Shown here: one piece after another, positions 52,087 through 64,000 of the stretch
Numbering within the stretch: position 1 is the stretch's first letter
Layout of the letters: each line of letters starts with the position of its first letter
Source: Saccostrea cucullata
Taxonomy: Eukaryota
Assembly: GCF_032062105.1 (NCBI RefSeq)
Contig: NW_026927632.1
Coordinates: 186,001-250,000 of the forward strand
Reading direction: 5' to 3'
Length of the DNA: 64,000 nucleotides
Made by a program: the position numbers and the translations under genes
The notes under the pieces: generated by a model
The model's database searches: none
What the model saw: only the letters and a program-made list of their open reading frames with translations
What the model was told of the DNA's origin: nothing

Positions 52087-54435
52087 CTTACAGCAGTTGC
52101 TGAATATAGTAGTGATACACTCCTGAGTACACAGGGACTTGGACAGAATGTTGATGAGATGTGGAACTACTGTGGGATCCTGATAGAGACAATAAGGTCA
52201 AAAGTCAAACATAATGCATTATAAAACTAATTCCCAGATCACGAGAAAGGACTTAAAATACGGACATGTATTTTCATCTGAGATAAATAAGTACTTTAGA
52301 ATTGATTGAATTTATGTGAGCCAGTTTTATTCCTTGCTTTATATGCACACATTTGTTAGAGATGTTATTTCTTTTGACGAATGTATAGTTATGTAAGATA
52401 TACCTAGTTTAGAGATTCATATTTACCTGGTATAAATCTATCCGAAGGGTTAACCATGACACCAACAGATATTGAATATAATGATTTCACAGCAAGATGA
52501 ATTGGTACAAACCTGATAAATTTGATCTAATGGAGAATTCTCACTAAGAAATATGGTCCTTAGACATCGTAAGCAGGCTTCAATAAACTTGATATTATTG
52601 CTAGATAACCCTACAAAATGCATACCAGTACTTTATACATGTATCTGAAAAATTAGATTCATTACATCATGCATCAAATCATCCCATAATGTCAGTTACC
52701 ACCATATAAATTTATTCTTTTCTTGCAAAATTGCTGTGGATAAATAGATTTTTTTAAATAAAATATTATTAATTTTGATAAACAATCCCACTACATGTAT
52801 CTCCATGACAAAAGAACTATGAAGTCTTTTTTAAAAGACTATTTTTATCAAGAAATAATTTTTATGAATTTTTGAAATAAAGGAGTAAATTTACTGATAC
52901 ATCACAATATTAACATTCTGGTTATGTTGAAATAAATGGTCTGACAGCAGTAAGAGTTCAACACTGCTCAGACAGGAATGACAGAATTCAAACCTTTGAG
53001 TAGTACTGCCACACAGCCTGAGTCCACGAGACAGCTGATGTTTTCTGGGGTACCCTTGGCCAGACTGCCTAGAACAATGGCCGACTCTGTACGCAGTTCA
53101 ACTGGAATATCTTCATCAATGATCCATTGTAATAACCTGATAAAACAATGACTTACCAATTAATGGGCAAGCTTCTAACATTTTGAATACATTCATATCT
53201 ATAACAATTTGAAGCACCTGTTTTTAAATAAATAACCAGCAGAATTTTTTTAAACAAGCAACAACAGAAAAGTCAGAATATGTTGGTACAGGTTGATTTA
53301 ATGCATTTTTGAGGTGATCACTATATTTTGCAGGGAATGTACTGAACTGACAATTATTGTATTGTGTAAGAGTGAAAACAATTTTACCTTGGGATTACCC
53401 CCTGGTGGATGATTTCATCTTTTTGTTTGTTGTTTCCAATAACTCTGTTCTTTACTTGACTGCAAATGTAAGAAAACAGTACTATATGTTTTATTTCATA
53501 AAGTAAACTTAAAATGCCTGTGAATACGCTGCCAACATTGGCAGACAGAGTAGTTCATTTCTCATTGCATTCATTACAATTTGCATTCATTTAATAATGG
53601 TTTACAAATCTTCTACAGTATCTCTTTTACATGCCTGCATTGCTTGAGATGGAATCCATCCTTTTCATAAATATGCAGTCTTCCCCGACCCCTTTGAGGA
53701 TGGCCAAGGTCAAGAGTATCATGAAAAAAGCCTGACACCCTGATATTGCATTTTGAAAAGAAATTACTTGTTGTACGTGTAACAGTGTCATATAGATTTA
53801 TATTTCAAACTCATATTATTGTTGAACAGTCAAAATAAATGTTTCCTTCTGCTTTTAATCAGCAAACATCATTTTGAATTTCCTGGTCCAAAGATAACAT
53901 GATGTGTAAAATGATAAACAAACTGTAACGGCACACAAAATTTGCAAAATCTCTTTATTTCTTTAATGCATGAAAAATACATATTTACATGACCAATGAT
54001 GCTAACTTAAGTTGCAAATAATTTTTTAGGTGGAATAACTTCAATGTAAAGGGGAGGTATCAGTGTCTATAAACCATGCTATTGTAGTCACACAATTTTA
54101 AGTCTCATGCAACAAAAAAGGGCATTTTTTTTTTTTTTACAGATTATTGAATTTTTGCATTAACAGTCATAATACGTACTAAGTGAGTTCTGCTTTGGTT
54201 CAACTTGGAAAGGAAAATAATTTGAAAACCAAGGCTCAATTGCAACAAAAGAGTTTACATTTTAAAAAGTATTTGCTTCCTGTAAATCCCAACTCAATAC
54301 ATTGTATTTGAGTATTATCATTTAGTGTGGTCTTAGAAGGGACTGACTGACTAAACCTTACATCATAGAATCGAGCCACTTCTCCTTGTTCTCTGACAGA
54401 ATACACTCCACCATGCCCATCCGACCATCTACATC
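52087..54435 (-). CDS. ARMC8: Armadillo repeat-containing protein 8 (GID/CTLH complex), partial: five N-terminal coding exons only
   Basis: Exons 54435-54362, 53459-53388, 53136-52994, 52610-52513 and 52179-52087, phases consistent with no stops. Motifs: [41 protein letters not shown] and [14 protein letters not shown] found neither a first exon nor downstream exons in the window. Confidence 0.88.
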
Positions 54436-54633
54436 CTACAAACAAGTAGAGGGAAATGTCACATTTTAATTTCTAAATTCTATACATGGTTGAAGTAGCC
54501 ATTAAACTGGATTTATTTTATTTTACAATACATTGTTTTTATTCTGGAACAGTTTTATGTGGTTTTCAATTAATATTTGAATATTCTTTGATTCTTCTTA
54601 TAATGAACATTCCACCACACTCTCCAGTTGCAG

Positions 54634-57600
54634 TCATATCAGAACCTATGACTTCCTGCGAGTGTCCTACAACAACACACAGCAACAAGTGATTGGGGGA
54701 CTGTAATACGCATAAGCTCATGATCCTCCAAGCTCAGCAGCAAGCAGGCAAGCAGGTTCATGGCCCCCATCCCAGCTAACATACAGGGACGTCTTAGTCT
54801 AACGGTTGTACAGGTATAAAGTAACTCTACTGTATCATCCATAGGCTTAAAAAACACACGAGTTAAACATCAAAATTAACATTTGGTCAATTTTGTTTAC
54901 ATTCATTAAAATGAGAGATAAATTGAGAACAATTTCACAAATGTTCAGACATGTATTTTGAACTCTGATGTCTAAAATATGCTATGATTTTTTTAAAGAT
55001 GAATATACTTATATCTATTATATTTGGTTGTCACATTTTGCCATTTGTTTCATAAAATAATAGTTTATTACTATGATTGACAGATAATGAATGTTTTCAG
55101 GCTAAACTAGCAAAGAATTATGGAATAACAAGGATGGATCCGTATGTCCGAATCAGGATTGGTCACTCTGTGATAGAGACTCCAACAGCTTACAATGGGT
55201 CAAAGAATCCACGCTGGAACAAAGACATCAATTTGTAGGCATTATAAATATGATGTGATACTGTATCAGTAAATTTATATATCATTTAGTTAATCAGTAG
55301 GAAAAGTTCCATTGGTTTACAGTACTTTATGTTTATGCAGGTGAAATTACAATTTGTCAATGTTACATTTTTTTGTATACCATATTGTTTTAGCTCACCT
55401 GAACCAAAGACTTGAGTGAGCTTTTCTGATAAAAAATGTCTGTTGACTATATATCGTTGTTGTCAAAAAAAATTATCTCCTTCTCCAGAAGTATGGAACA
55501 ATTTCAACAAACGAGCAATTTTTTTACAAAGGAATATAAGAAAAAATCTTTTAAAATCTCTGGAGAACACCAAACTCTTTTTTAGTATATATATGATAAA
55601 CATAGAAGATTGGAAGCAGGTTGGGACAGAATCGGAAATCCAAAATTTATGTAATACAAAATGTACTGGTAATGCATGTGTAAAGGAAAATATCTTCCCC
55701 AGAACAATAGGGCTATACATGTATTGATCATTGCAATGGTGAAAGCATCCCAAAGTGTGTGAATTTATCATAACTCTTTTGTCAACAATTTTGAATCAAT
55801 ATTTTTTGTGCAATCATTATGAGGAAAAATGAAAAAATAAATAACCAGCTCCTGAAGAACGCATTATCAAAGTTACTTGAGTGGGTGTTACAGCATTTAA
55901 GCCTCTTCTTTAATTAATTTTTATCTTTGCATAAAGGACATCATCATTATCTTTGAACTTATTGACTTTTTCCTGAAGATTTACTCATCAAAATGTAAAT
56001 TTATTTTCTAACATTGTTCTGTCTTATTTGTAGATATCTCCCCCATGGAGTAGATTCTATGTATTTAGAGATTTTTGATGAGGTAAAAAAAATTATACGA
56101 TTATATAGCTATGAAAAAAATACATATGTACTGCCATAAATAAAGAAGATCTAAATGTAACATAAATTTTTCACATAAAGTGCCTTCAGAAAATGTGTAT
56201 CAAGTGTTCTGATTTTAATAACCATATGAAAAATTTAATTATTTCGAAATATAAAAATGTAGTATGGAGTTTGGTAATTTTTGTTTGTATTTTTTGTTAC
56301 AGAAACAGTTTACAATGGATGACCGCATTGCCTGGGCATACATTAGCATTCCTCAATCTGTCCTCAATGGTGATACAATGAATGAGTGGTTCCCCCTGAG
56401 TGGTCGTCAAGGAGACGAGAAGGAAGGAATGATTAACCTTGTTATGTCACTAAATGTAAGTTACAGGTTGAAGCTATTCTTTTGAACATAAGCTGTCCCA
56501 TAGTTTCAGAGTTCTTGAAATCTTTCGATCCTGTCAGCAAAACCGATAGAAACAACCAAAGACAGATTACTTTGCATTCCGTGTCAGTCCAAATGACTGG
56601 TAATTGTTGACAGAAGAACTTGTGTCAATCTGACCAAATTTCGTACGAATTCCCTATAACCGACTGATCGTAATCTTTCAAACGCTTTTCTGTATCTTGT
56701 AATGGCTTCTTCAATGAATGCAAGTGCCAAACTATGATTGGTAATCTAGTTAGTTGATGGCGCTAAGGTAAACCAGGTGAGAAAATCGAACTAGATTGAA
56801 AACTTATGAAGAAAATGGACCCCAACGAGAATTCAAAGAAAGTTGTTATAAGACGATCAAATCGGCATGAAGTGTGCAGTGTTTATTGACGCTGTGTGCA
56901 CAATGTATTGATAATGAATTTGAATACAGTATACGCTTATTTCATGACAATGAGGGGAACAGTCAAACTGTTGTCCCGAGGTAATGGGGAAGACTTTGGA
57001 AACTGTTGCCCGAGGCTGAAGGACAACAGTTTGACTGTTCCCCTTGTAGCCATGAAATAAGTGTATAATGCCTAATTACAATTTATATAGTAGGTTAGGA
57101 TATAGTACTTTATAGCATGTTTCTTTATGTTTTCATAGGAGGTACAGCAACCAGCAGTACAACCCACCCCAGTTCTATACCAGCAGCCCGTCGTGTACTA
57201 CCCCCAACCAATAGGTAAGTCCTTAAGGAGCTGTTTCTCTTCAGAGCTCTACCAATGCCAGTGATGTCTGTCTTCTTAAAAGCTTTACTCAAGGCTTAAA
57301 GGGAATATGGTTGTATTAAGGCAGTTGTTTTGCTTTTTGCTAAACATATTCTATTCTATACATGGATCTAAACAATGTTTTAATAAAACTAGAAACCTCC
57401 ATTGGAATTGTGTGATTTTATAAAACTTGGAATTGGCTGCTTTCAGTATCCCTAGCAGTATTATTCTGAGCAGAGTAACCATAAATAAAATCTTACGATA
57501 TTACAGGAGGGTTTCCCATTGCAGGTAATGTGCATTGTGTTGGCAAAATTTAGGTTTTTACTAACTGTTATTTACAATGTTTTTAAAAAATCTTTTTGCG

Positions 57601-59287
57601 TTTTGATGTACATCTACTGGCCTTGTCAACTTCTATTTGGTATAGCCATACTTTATAAAGAAAGGAATTTTTTGTGTTATCAATCTATGCATCTGTTTTA
57701 ATTTCTTGTTATTACAACCCCTCATATAATTTTAGGGACTGTCTGTGTACCTATTTTTTTTAATACCTTTTTTGAACCTGGGACCTAAGAAGCGGGGCAT
57801 AAGTATAGCAATCACATTGTCCATCTGGCTAGCTAGTACCTTGACAATATATCTTTGATGAATGAATGATTAAGTCAAAACATTAAGATTAGGTTAATTC
57901 CTAAGTGGAATTTTCATCCCCCATCTGAGAATCGAAAATCACGGTGTAGGTACAGGTGTAATAAATGGGCCATTTACAACTGTTACTAATTTACTATGGA
58001 CACTTGCTCCTACCCACACTGCTGGTAGTTTTAAAAATATTTGTTATTGAAAACAAATAGTAAACTGAAGAGCATTGAAATTGTTTAGATAATGTACTCG
58101 TTGACAAGAAAATTATTGTTTCAGCCTAGGCTATGTAATACAAGTTTATCGTCCTTTCTGTAAATCAATGTGTTGTAGGGAAGAGGTTAAGTGTGACCAT
58201 GCATATATAAACTTATGCAAGTCAGCAATTTCAGCCAAAAAAAAATTTAAGGGTTTGTTTCCACTTTCTTTTTTATTTTCCAGATGTTCTTGCATTTAAG
58301 TTGTGTCTGTATGGAATTTTGGTGCATGCTCTTACATTTCCTATAAAATTAAGTTTATGTACATATATTCAGAATCATTAGGTTAGTCTAGAATGTTTTT
58401 GCATGGTTTTGACAAAAATGAATAGATGTACTGCAATTCTTATTGCTCCTTTATATACTAGTATACAGTTATGTTTATCTATATACATGTAAATATACCA
58501 ATACTAATTTTGTTGTAGTTTCTATTTGGTTATGGCAGTTCTTAAAATATTTGTACAATTAAGTACATCATGGTAATTTCATGAACCTGAATGTATGATA
58601 CTGTGTCAATCAGAACATTAATTTGTCTTTGTTCTTCACTTCTTTAATTTATATTAAAAGGTACATGTATATGTAGTTCAAGATAAATACATGGGCAGTG
58701 AGACAACATAGTCATAGAACTTACATGTATTTAGAATGTTAACCTGCCTTTGTATGTTCTATAATTTTGCACACCTGAAGTATCATTTAAATCAGTTTCT
58801 ACATGGTCCCTTGATTTAAAGCTAAGAATCTTGATTCATTCTCTTGGATCTGGCCAACCAATGTAAGATGGGTATACAAGTGTAAACCTATATCAAGGAA
58901 AAATAAAAAATGCCAAATCCATTTACTTTGTAATCCCTTTACTTTACACAAATGTTTAAAATGCCTAAAATACTTCTTCTTTAGATTTTCATAGCCATCA
59001 TTTTAAGATATACTCAATTGCTGGGTAGTGAAATCAACACTTCAGTCTAATACAAACTTAAATTTTTTTGTTTTCTAGTTCAACCTGTGCCCGCTGGAAT
59101 GCCCGTTTACCCTCAACAAGGGGGAACCCCCCAACCACAACGCCCTCTATTCACAGAGGAAGACTTCAAGCAGGTCAAGGACATGTTCCCCAATATGGAG
59201 GACGAGGTCATAAGGTCAGTGCTGGAGGCTAACCGTGGCAACAAGGACGCAACCATCAACTCCCTTCTACAGATGAACAGTGACTGA
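54634..59287 (+). CDS. TOLLIP: Toll-interacting protein (C2 + CUE); the N-terminal (TBD) exon is disrupted in this sequence
   Basis: Exons ~54634-54813 (frameshifted), 55101-55234, 56034-56082, 56303-56455, 57139-57214 and 59079-59287. Motifs: [70 protein letters not shown], and the CUE domain [32 protein letters not shown]. Confidence 0.92.
56935..57068. mobile_element. Hairpin of a Crypton-like non-autonomous element in a TOLLIP intron (element may extend left to ~56480)
   Basis: Inverted repeat cttatttcatg...ggggaacagtcaaactgttgtcc / ggacaacagtttgactgttcccc...catgaaataag around CCGAGG motifs. Confidence 0.5.
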
Positions 59288-61504
59288 GGTTAATGTCCAG
59301 CTAAAACCAGACTTTTGTTTTATAGGTGAAAAACCAATGCTACTAAAACTATAAAATGCCTATGATAAGGACTCTGTTTCAATAATAGAATTGTACTAGT
59401 AGGTTTCTAAAGTATAGAATAAATCGGTTAATGATATATCATCATATATTTGTATTTGTAGCAGACAGATCATCATCAGTTTTCTTGTTTCAGTGATATA
59501 AAATTGTTACATATGCTGTTTTTAGCCTTTAACTGTATGTTCTTTATTTACTGGTATGTAACAACTCTTAGATGCCATATAATTTATCATATGTATAATA
59601 TCAACAAACACACAGTAAAGTTTTGCTATATATGTATGTATACATTGATAACTTCTGGTTCATGTAAATGTTTCCATTCATAGTCTTACTTCAAAATCGA
59701 GTAACTACTAAACGTATACACATAGCACTTATTAATAGTACAAATGAATTACTATTGTCCATCATTCAACATAAGTTTGAAACAGGTGCCGTCTGTCTGT
59801 CAGTTAAGACATAATTTTGTTACAATTGTTGTTTTGTTGTACATGTTGTGTGTTTGGATCATTTTCTGGGAGTGATAGTTAATGACTGTGATATAAGAGG
59901 GTGTGTCATACATTTCTGCCGAGCAGGATGATTACTTAATGATTAAACTTAAAATTCAAAACCAGATACTGTCTTTTTCTTTTTGTTTGCTTTGTCATTT
60001 TTATCCAGGATTTTATGTTAATAAAAAGCATGAAATAAAGTATGCAGATAACAGCACACATACTGTATTTTTACATAAAATAGCAGGCTTCATATTCAAG
60101 CAAATCTGGCGCAGACAATGATGCGCTAATTCATGAAGTCCGCTATGAAATCTTTAAAAAATTTATAAATACAAGATGCGCACTGCATTGGTGTGTGTTG
60201 CTAATTCTTAAATATGCCAAAAACTCGATATTTAGATACTGAGCTAAATTTTTAATACACCAATTAATGTACACATACAGTATATACCAGTAATATTTAT
60301 TTTAAGTATACGTATATTTTCCTTTACTAAGTTCTATGTAGAAGTCAAGAGTTGTCTTTCCTTTATCATTTTTTTTTCTTTCTTTTTTCCCTAGTGTATT
60401 CTCTTTAAACTCTAACTGATTTTATCACTGTTGGTTAGAAATCAATAAGTTCAGGAAAGTATGCTTAAAATCAGATATTTTATTAGCTATCCTTAATTAT
60501 ATAGTTCACAGAGAGCAATTAAGTTGTTAAATTTTATGAAAAATGAGAGTTGCTAATGGCAAACAAGTTTCCTCTGAATGTTTAACAATCTATAAAATTA
60601 TCTCACAACCACGTTTGTGCAAGTTCTTGAGGGAATAATTACATGGATTGGTTCAAAAGTAATGTCATAACTGCTGTATAAATCTTAAAAAATTAAAATT
60701 TATTGACAAAATGTAATACATGTATTAATACCTCGATCTATTTTGACCTTGTTCTTTTGCCTTTAAATTTCATTCAGATATAGGTAAAACTTTTTTGAAT
60801 TATTAAAATAAACATGTTTGGTCTCATCTATCACTAAAAGGTAAGAGTATACAGACATTGTTATGCTGTTTCTCTTCGGCACTCACATGAGGTTACAAGA
60901 TTTCTGGATAATCTGAAAATGGATGTTGGAAAGTAACGTCTGAACAATGGTTACTGTAACATTTCCGTCTGGCAGCATTGAACAAAATTTAATCTAAATA
61001 TTTAATTAAAAAAAAAAACAGCAAATGAAATATTAGAATATTAAAACAAAAATCAGAATAGATAGGATATTAGCATCTAAAAGTTTGTTAATAAATAATC
61101 AGTAATTTGAGACTTTTTTTCGTTGTTTTTTATTTCACATTTAAAAGAAAATCTGCATGGAGTGCTCAAACAAAACCCCTCAAAAATTACCTTTTGTATT
61201 TCACAGCTCCATTTATTGCTAATTTATACTTAATCAAATTTCTACTACATGTATAGAGTCACGATATAAATTTTGTATTTACAACAATTTGTATTTACAA
61301 CAATAAAAATGTATCTACTTTAAGTACATGTACACTGTAATAATTTCAATTATAAGTAAAAATCATGATAACAATTTGATTTAAAATTTGATTTGAAAAA
61401 ATGGATATATAAAACTTCAGTTTGAAGAGGAATGATATTTCTGACAGATTATCATGAAAAAAAATTCATGTATCTCTCAGATTAAATAATAAGTTGATAT
61501 CTGT

Positions 61505-62322
61505 AATGCCTTGGTCACATTTAAGCCGATGGTCGGGCGATTAAATTTTCTGGTCTTGTCGGCTGAAAGAACATGATCGGCCGAAACAAGTATCGGGCGA
61601 CACGGAGCAGTCACATTGATTCCTAGAAACACCGATGACTTGGATAAATAACACAAAAAATCTCTTTTCTTTAGAAATTGGCAATATTTTTTCATAGATC
61701 TATATTCAAATAGATGACGTGAATAATGTTTGCAAGGCAAAGTGGCAGAATTTTATAAGATTGCGACTCAATGTTAAAATTTGTGCAAAATTTTGTATAG
61801 AATTGCATAAAAACATATCTATGCAGCAAATAATACTTAAGATTTCTTTATATCTCACGGATTAATTATTTATGTTATTTCCGTTCAAAAAATATACATC
61901 AATCCATGCATCAAAATTTTGTTTGTGTTATTGCATCCTTAATAGGTAAAATATTCTCAAGTCGACCAACCGTCGCCCGATCATCGAGCTCTGAGCTACA
62001 GTTTGATTTTAACCATCGGCCGAAATTTTAAACACCCTTATTGTCAAACGACGGACGACCGACTTAATAAACTGACTGCCGATAGTCGGACGATGATCGA
62101 AGGTTGGTCGACAGATAACTTCAAGTGAAGAAATCGGCCACCGATGCAGAAAATATTATAACTTGGACCGATGGACAAAAAATTGGTCGGCCGACAAAAA
62201 AGAGTGGTCAAAATCGGGCAAGACAACGGCCGATGAACTGCCGACTGTCACCCGAAGAATCCCATTTTTGGTTCAAAACCCGTCGGCCGTTGGTCGTTTT
62301 TGGAAATGTGACTGGGGTTTAA
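61505..62322. mobile_element. Degenerate MITE (PIF/Harbinger-like) with CCGA/TCGG-rich interior
   Basis: Imperfect TIR (gccttggtcacattt ... aaatgtgactggggt), TAA-like flanks and many subterminal ccga/tcgg repeats. Confidence 0.5.
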
Positions 62323-63145
62323 GCGAGATGCCGTAGGGACACCAGACAAAATATTTAGTCCCTACAACATCTGGCTGCGATTAATAATAAGTCAAAAAGC
62401 AAAGCCTTAGTAATTTGTGTGTTTACAAAGAAATAACATTTCAGCTCAACTAAATCAAATTGAGTCTAAGTGCAGAAAATTTTCTCTTTCACATCTGTTG
62501 TTTTTAAACTTCTGATATTTCCATCTATTTTTTCAGGGAATATGGAGACATTTTAACAAGACCTTATTCTAATTATACATCCTCAATGATATAAATTCAA
62601 ATTAATAATTGAGATACATGGCTTCCACATCCTAAAAGGAGAAAAATCAATCAAAATTGAAAATGAGAAACGTAATAAAATATTCAGCACCATTGCGTTT
62701 TGAAATTGAACTTCTTCACTGACAATTATGTCAGAGTAAATGATACTTGTGTGGATTGCACTGTCTTCTTGTCGTCCATAATATGATGACGTAAAATATT
62801 TTTCATTTGAAAATAATTACTATAATAGTCTAATATTTTTAACCTGTGCGTAAAAATTTCAAAATTCATACGTTTAATCAAATGTAAAATGTCTAATAAT
62901 TAAGTTTGAAAATAAATATCTCTATATGCATCCTAAATATCATAACAAATGATTAAGGAAACATCATCATATATAACACCACAAGTCTTAGTCCCATTCA
63001 ATATGAACAGAAGATAATTGACACTATGAATAATTAAATAAGTTTAACACATAAAAAAATCAGCTCCTGACCACTAATAATAATTGTTTTCAGTGATCCA
63101 ACTGCACACGAGGGGAGATCCTTCCTCTACACAGAGTTTCTGTGA

Positions 63146-63273
63146 CTAGCAGGCTCTCGTCCTGACCGCGCGGATCTGACATTCCTCTCCCCCCTGTAGG
63201 ACCTCCCTCTGCTTCTTCTGGACCCCATTAAGACACCCCTCCCAATCCTTCCACTGGCCAAAGAAACAGCGTT
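63146..63273 (-). CDS. Terminal coding exon of a thrombospondin-type-1/pleiotrophin-like cysteine-rich protein (rest of the gene lies beyond the window)
   Basis: Polypyrimidine acceptor ttttttctttcag, then (E)RCFFGQWKDWEGCLNGVQKKQREVLQGGEECQIRAVRTRAC-TAG: a WxxWxxC...QxxxR...C...RxC TSR/PTN-like pattern, more GC-rich than the flanks. Confidence 0.7.
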
Positions 63274-64000
63274 CTGAAAGAAAAAAGCATAAATCCTTTA
63301 TAGTAATTTAAAGAGTTTTAGAATTCCAAATTAACAGCATGGTTTCTTAAAGGTTTTTTGGGTGACCTTCTGCGATCTTTTTTCGTTTGTGTCATACGTC
63401 ATGCACATGGTTACGTTACTTACTTTTTTAACTTGTTCTCTGGAACCCCTAAACCATTATATGGATTTTTTTAAAATGGCTACTATGGCTGAAAGAGAAC
63501 ACAATTTGTGCCAAAAATTGTGCCTCCTCCATAATGAAAATGCATTATTTGTGTGAAAATCTTTTATGCACTTTGGTAATTAGCAAACAAACTAAGTGCA
63601 ATATATTGTAACATCTAGCAAGGGTGCTTTTTCCAAAACTTTGTAATTCATAGCCATGAGACTGAAGTTCTGAATAGCCCTGGGGCTCTTATTTTAAATT
63701 GAAAATTCATTAACTCTATGAAAATCCTCATCTCTCCCCTCAGTATTTGGGAAACAAACTGAGTGCATGCATGATAATGAAAAGAAGGGTGCCTCTTGTG
63801 AAAATCATGGCTCCTGATTCAAGGGTTTGCGGTTAGGACAGCTCTCTATTGATTATATGGTGAATATGATGCAAAAATTCTTTGAAAATCCTTGATCCTA
63901 GGCCTGTCCCTGGGTATTTATCATACAAACAATATACCGGTACATGTAGTCTACATGCCTTTGATAAGTCAGCTAGGGTGTCTCTTCTGAAATTGTGAAA

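Noticed and set aside
54486-54502. Minus-strand ATG GCT ACT TCA ACC AT as ARMC8 exon 1 (or an inverted TOLLIP start)
   Set aside because: It gives the wrong phase and only a ~50-nt intron for ARMC8, is on the wrong strand for TOLLIP, and is too short to support.

Overview
AT-rich, intron-rich animal genomic DNA, most likely an oyster-like bivalve (inferred from Cg170/Helentron-type repeats, not proven). I spliced the genes by hand with GT-AG boundaries and phase checks. Complete models: MTRES1/C6orf203-like (minus, 4 exons) head-to-head with a Mis18-family gene (plus, 6 exons, long extra C-terminal tail); an FLVCR-family MFS transporter (minus, 10 exons); and a 209-aa secreted MOLO-1/TPM-like protein with no transmembrane segment (plus, 6 exons). 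Incomplete models: five intact ARMC8 exons abutting a TOLLIP gene whose N-terminal exon is frameshifted, and the last exon of a TSR/pleiotrophin-like gene at the right edge. Mobile DNA: a structurally complete but decayed DIRS1-type tyrosine-recombinase retrotransposon with ITRs and ICR, a 5'-truncated RTE-X-like LINE with TSD, hAT, CACTA and mariner-type non-autonomous elements (partly nested), Helentron/HINE-like elements carrying satellite arrays, a tRNA-derived SINE and several hairpin elements. There is also one divergent tRNA-Val(CAC)-like gene. Family names come from motif recognition only; no database search was run.
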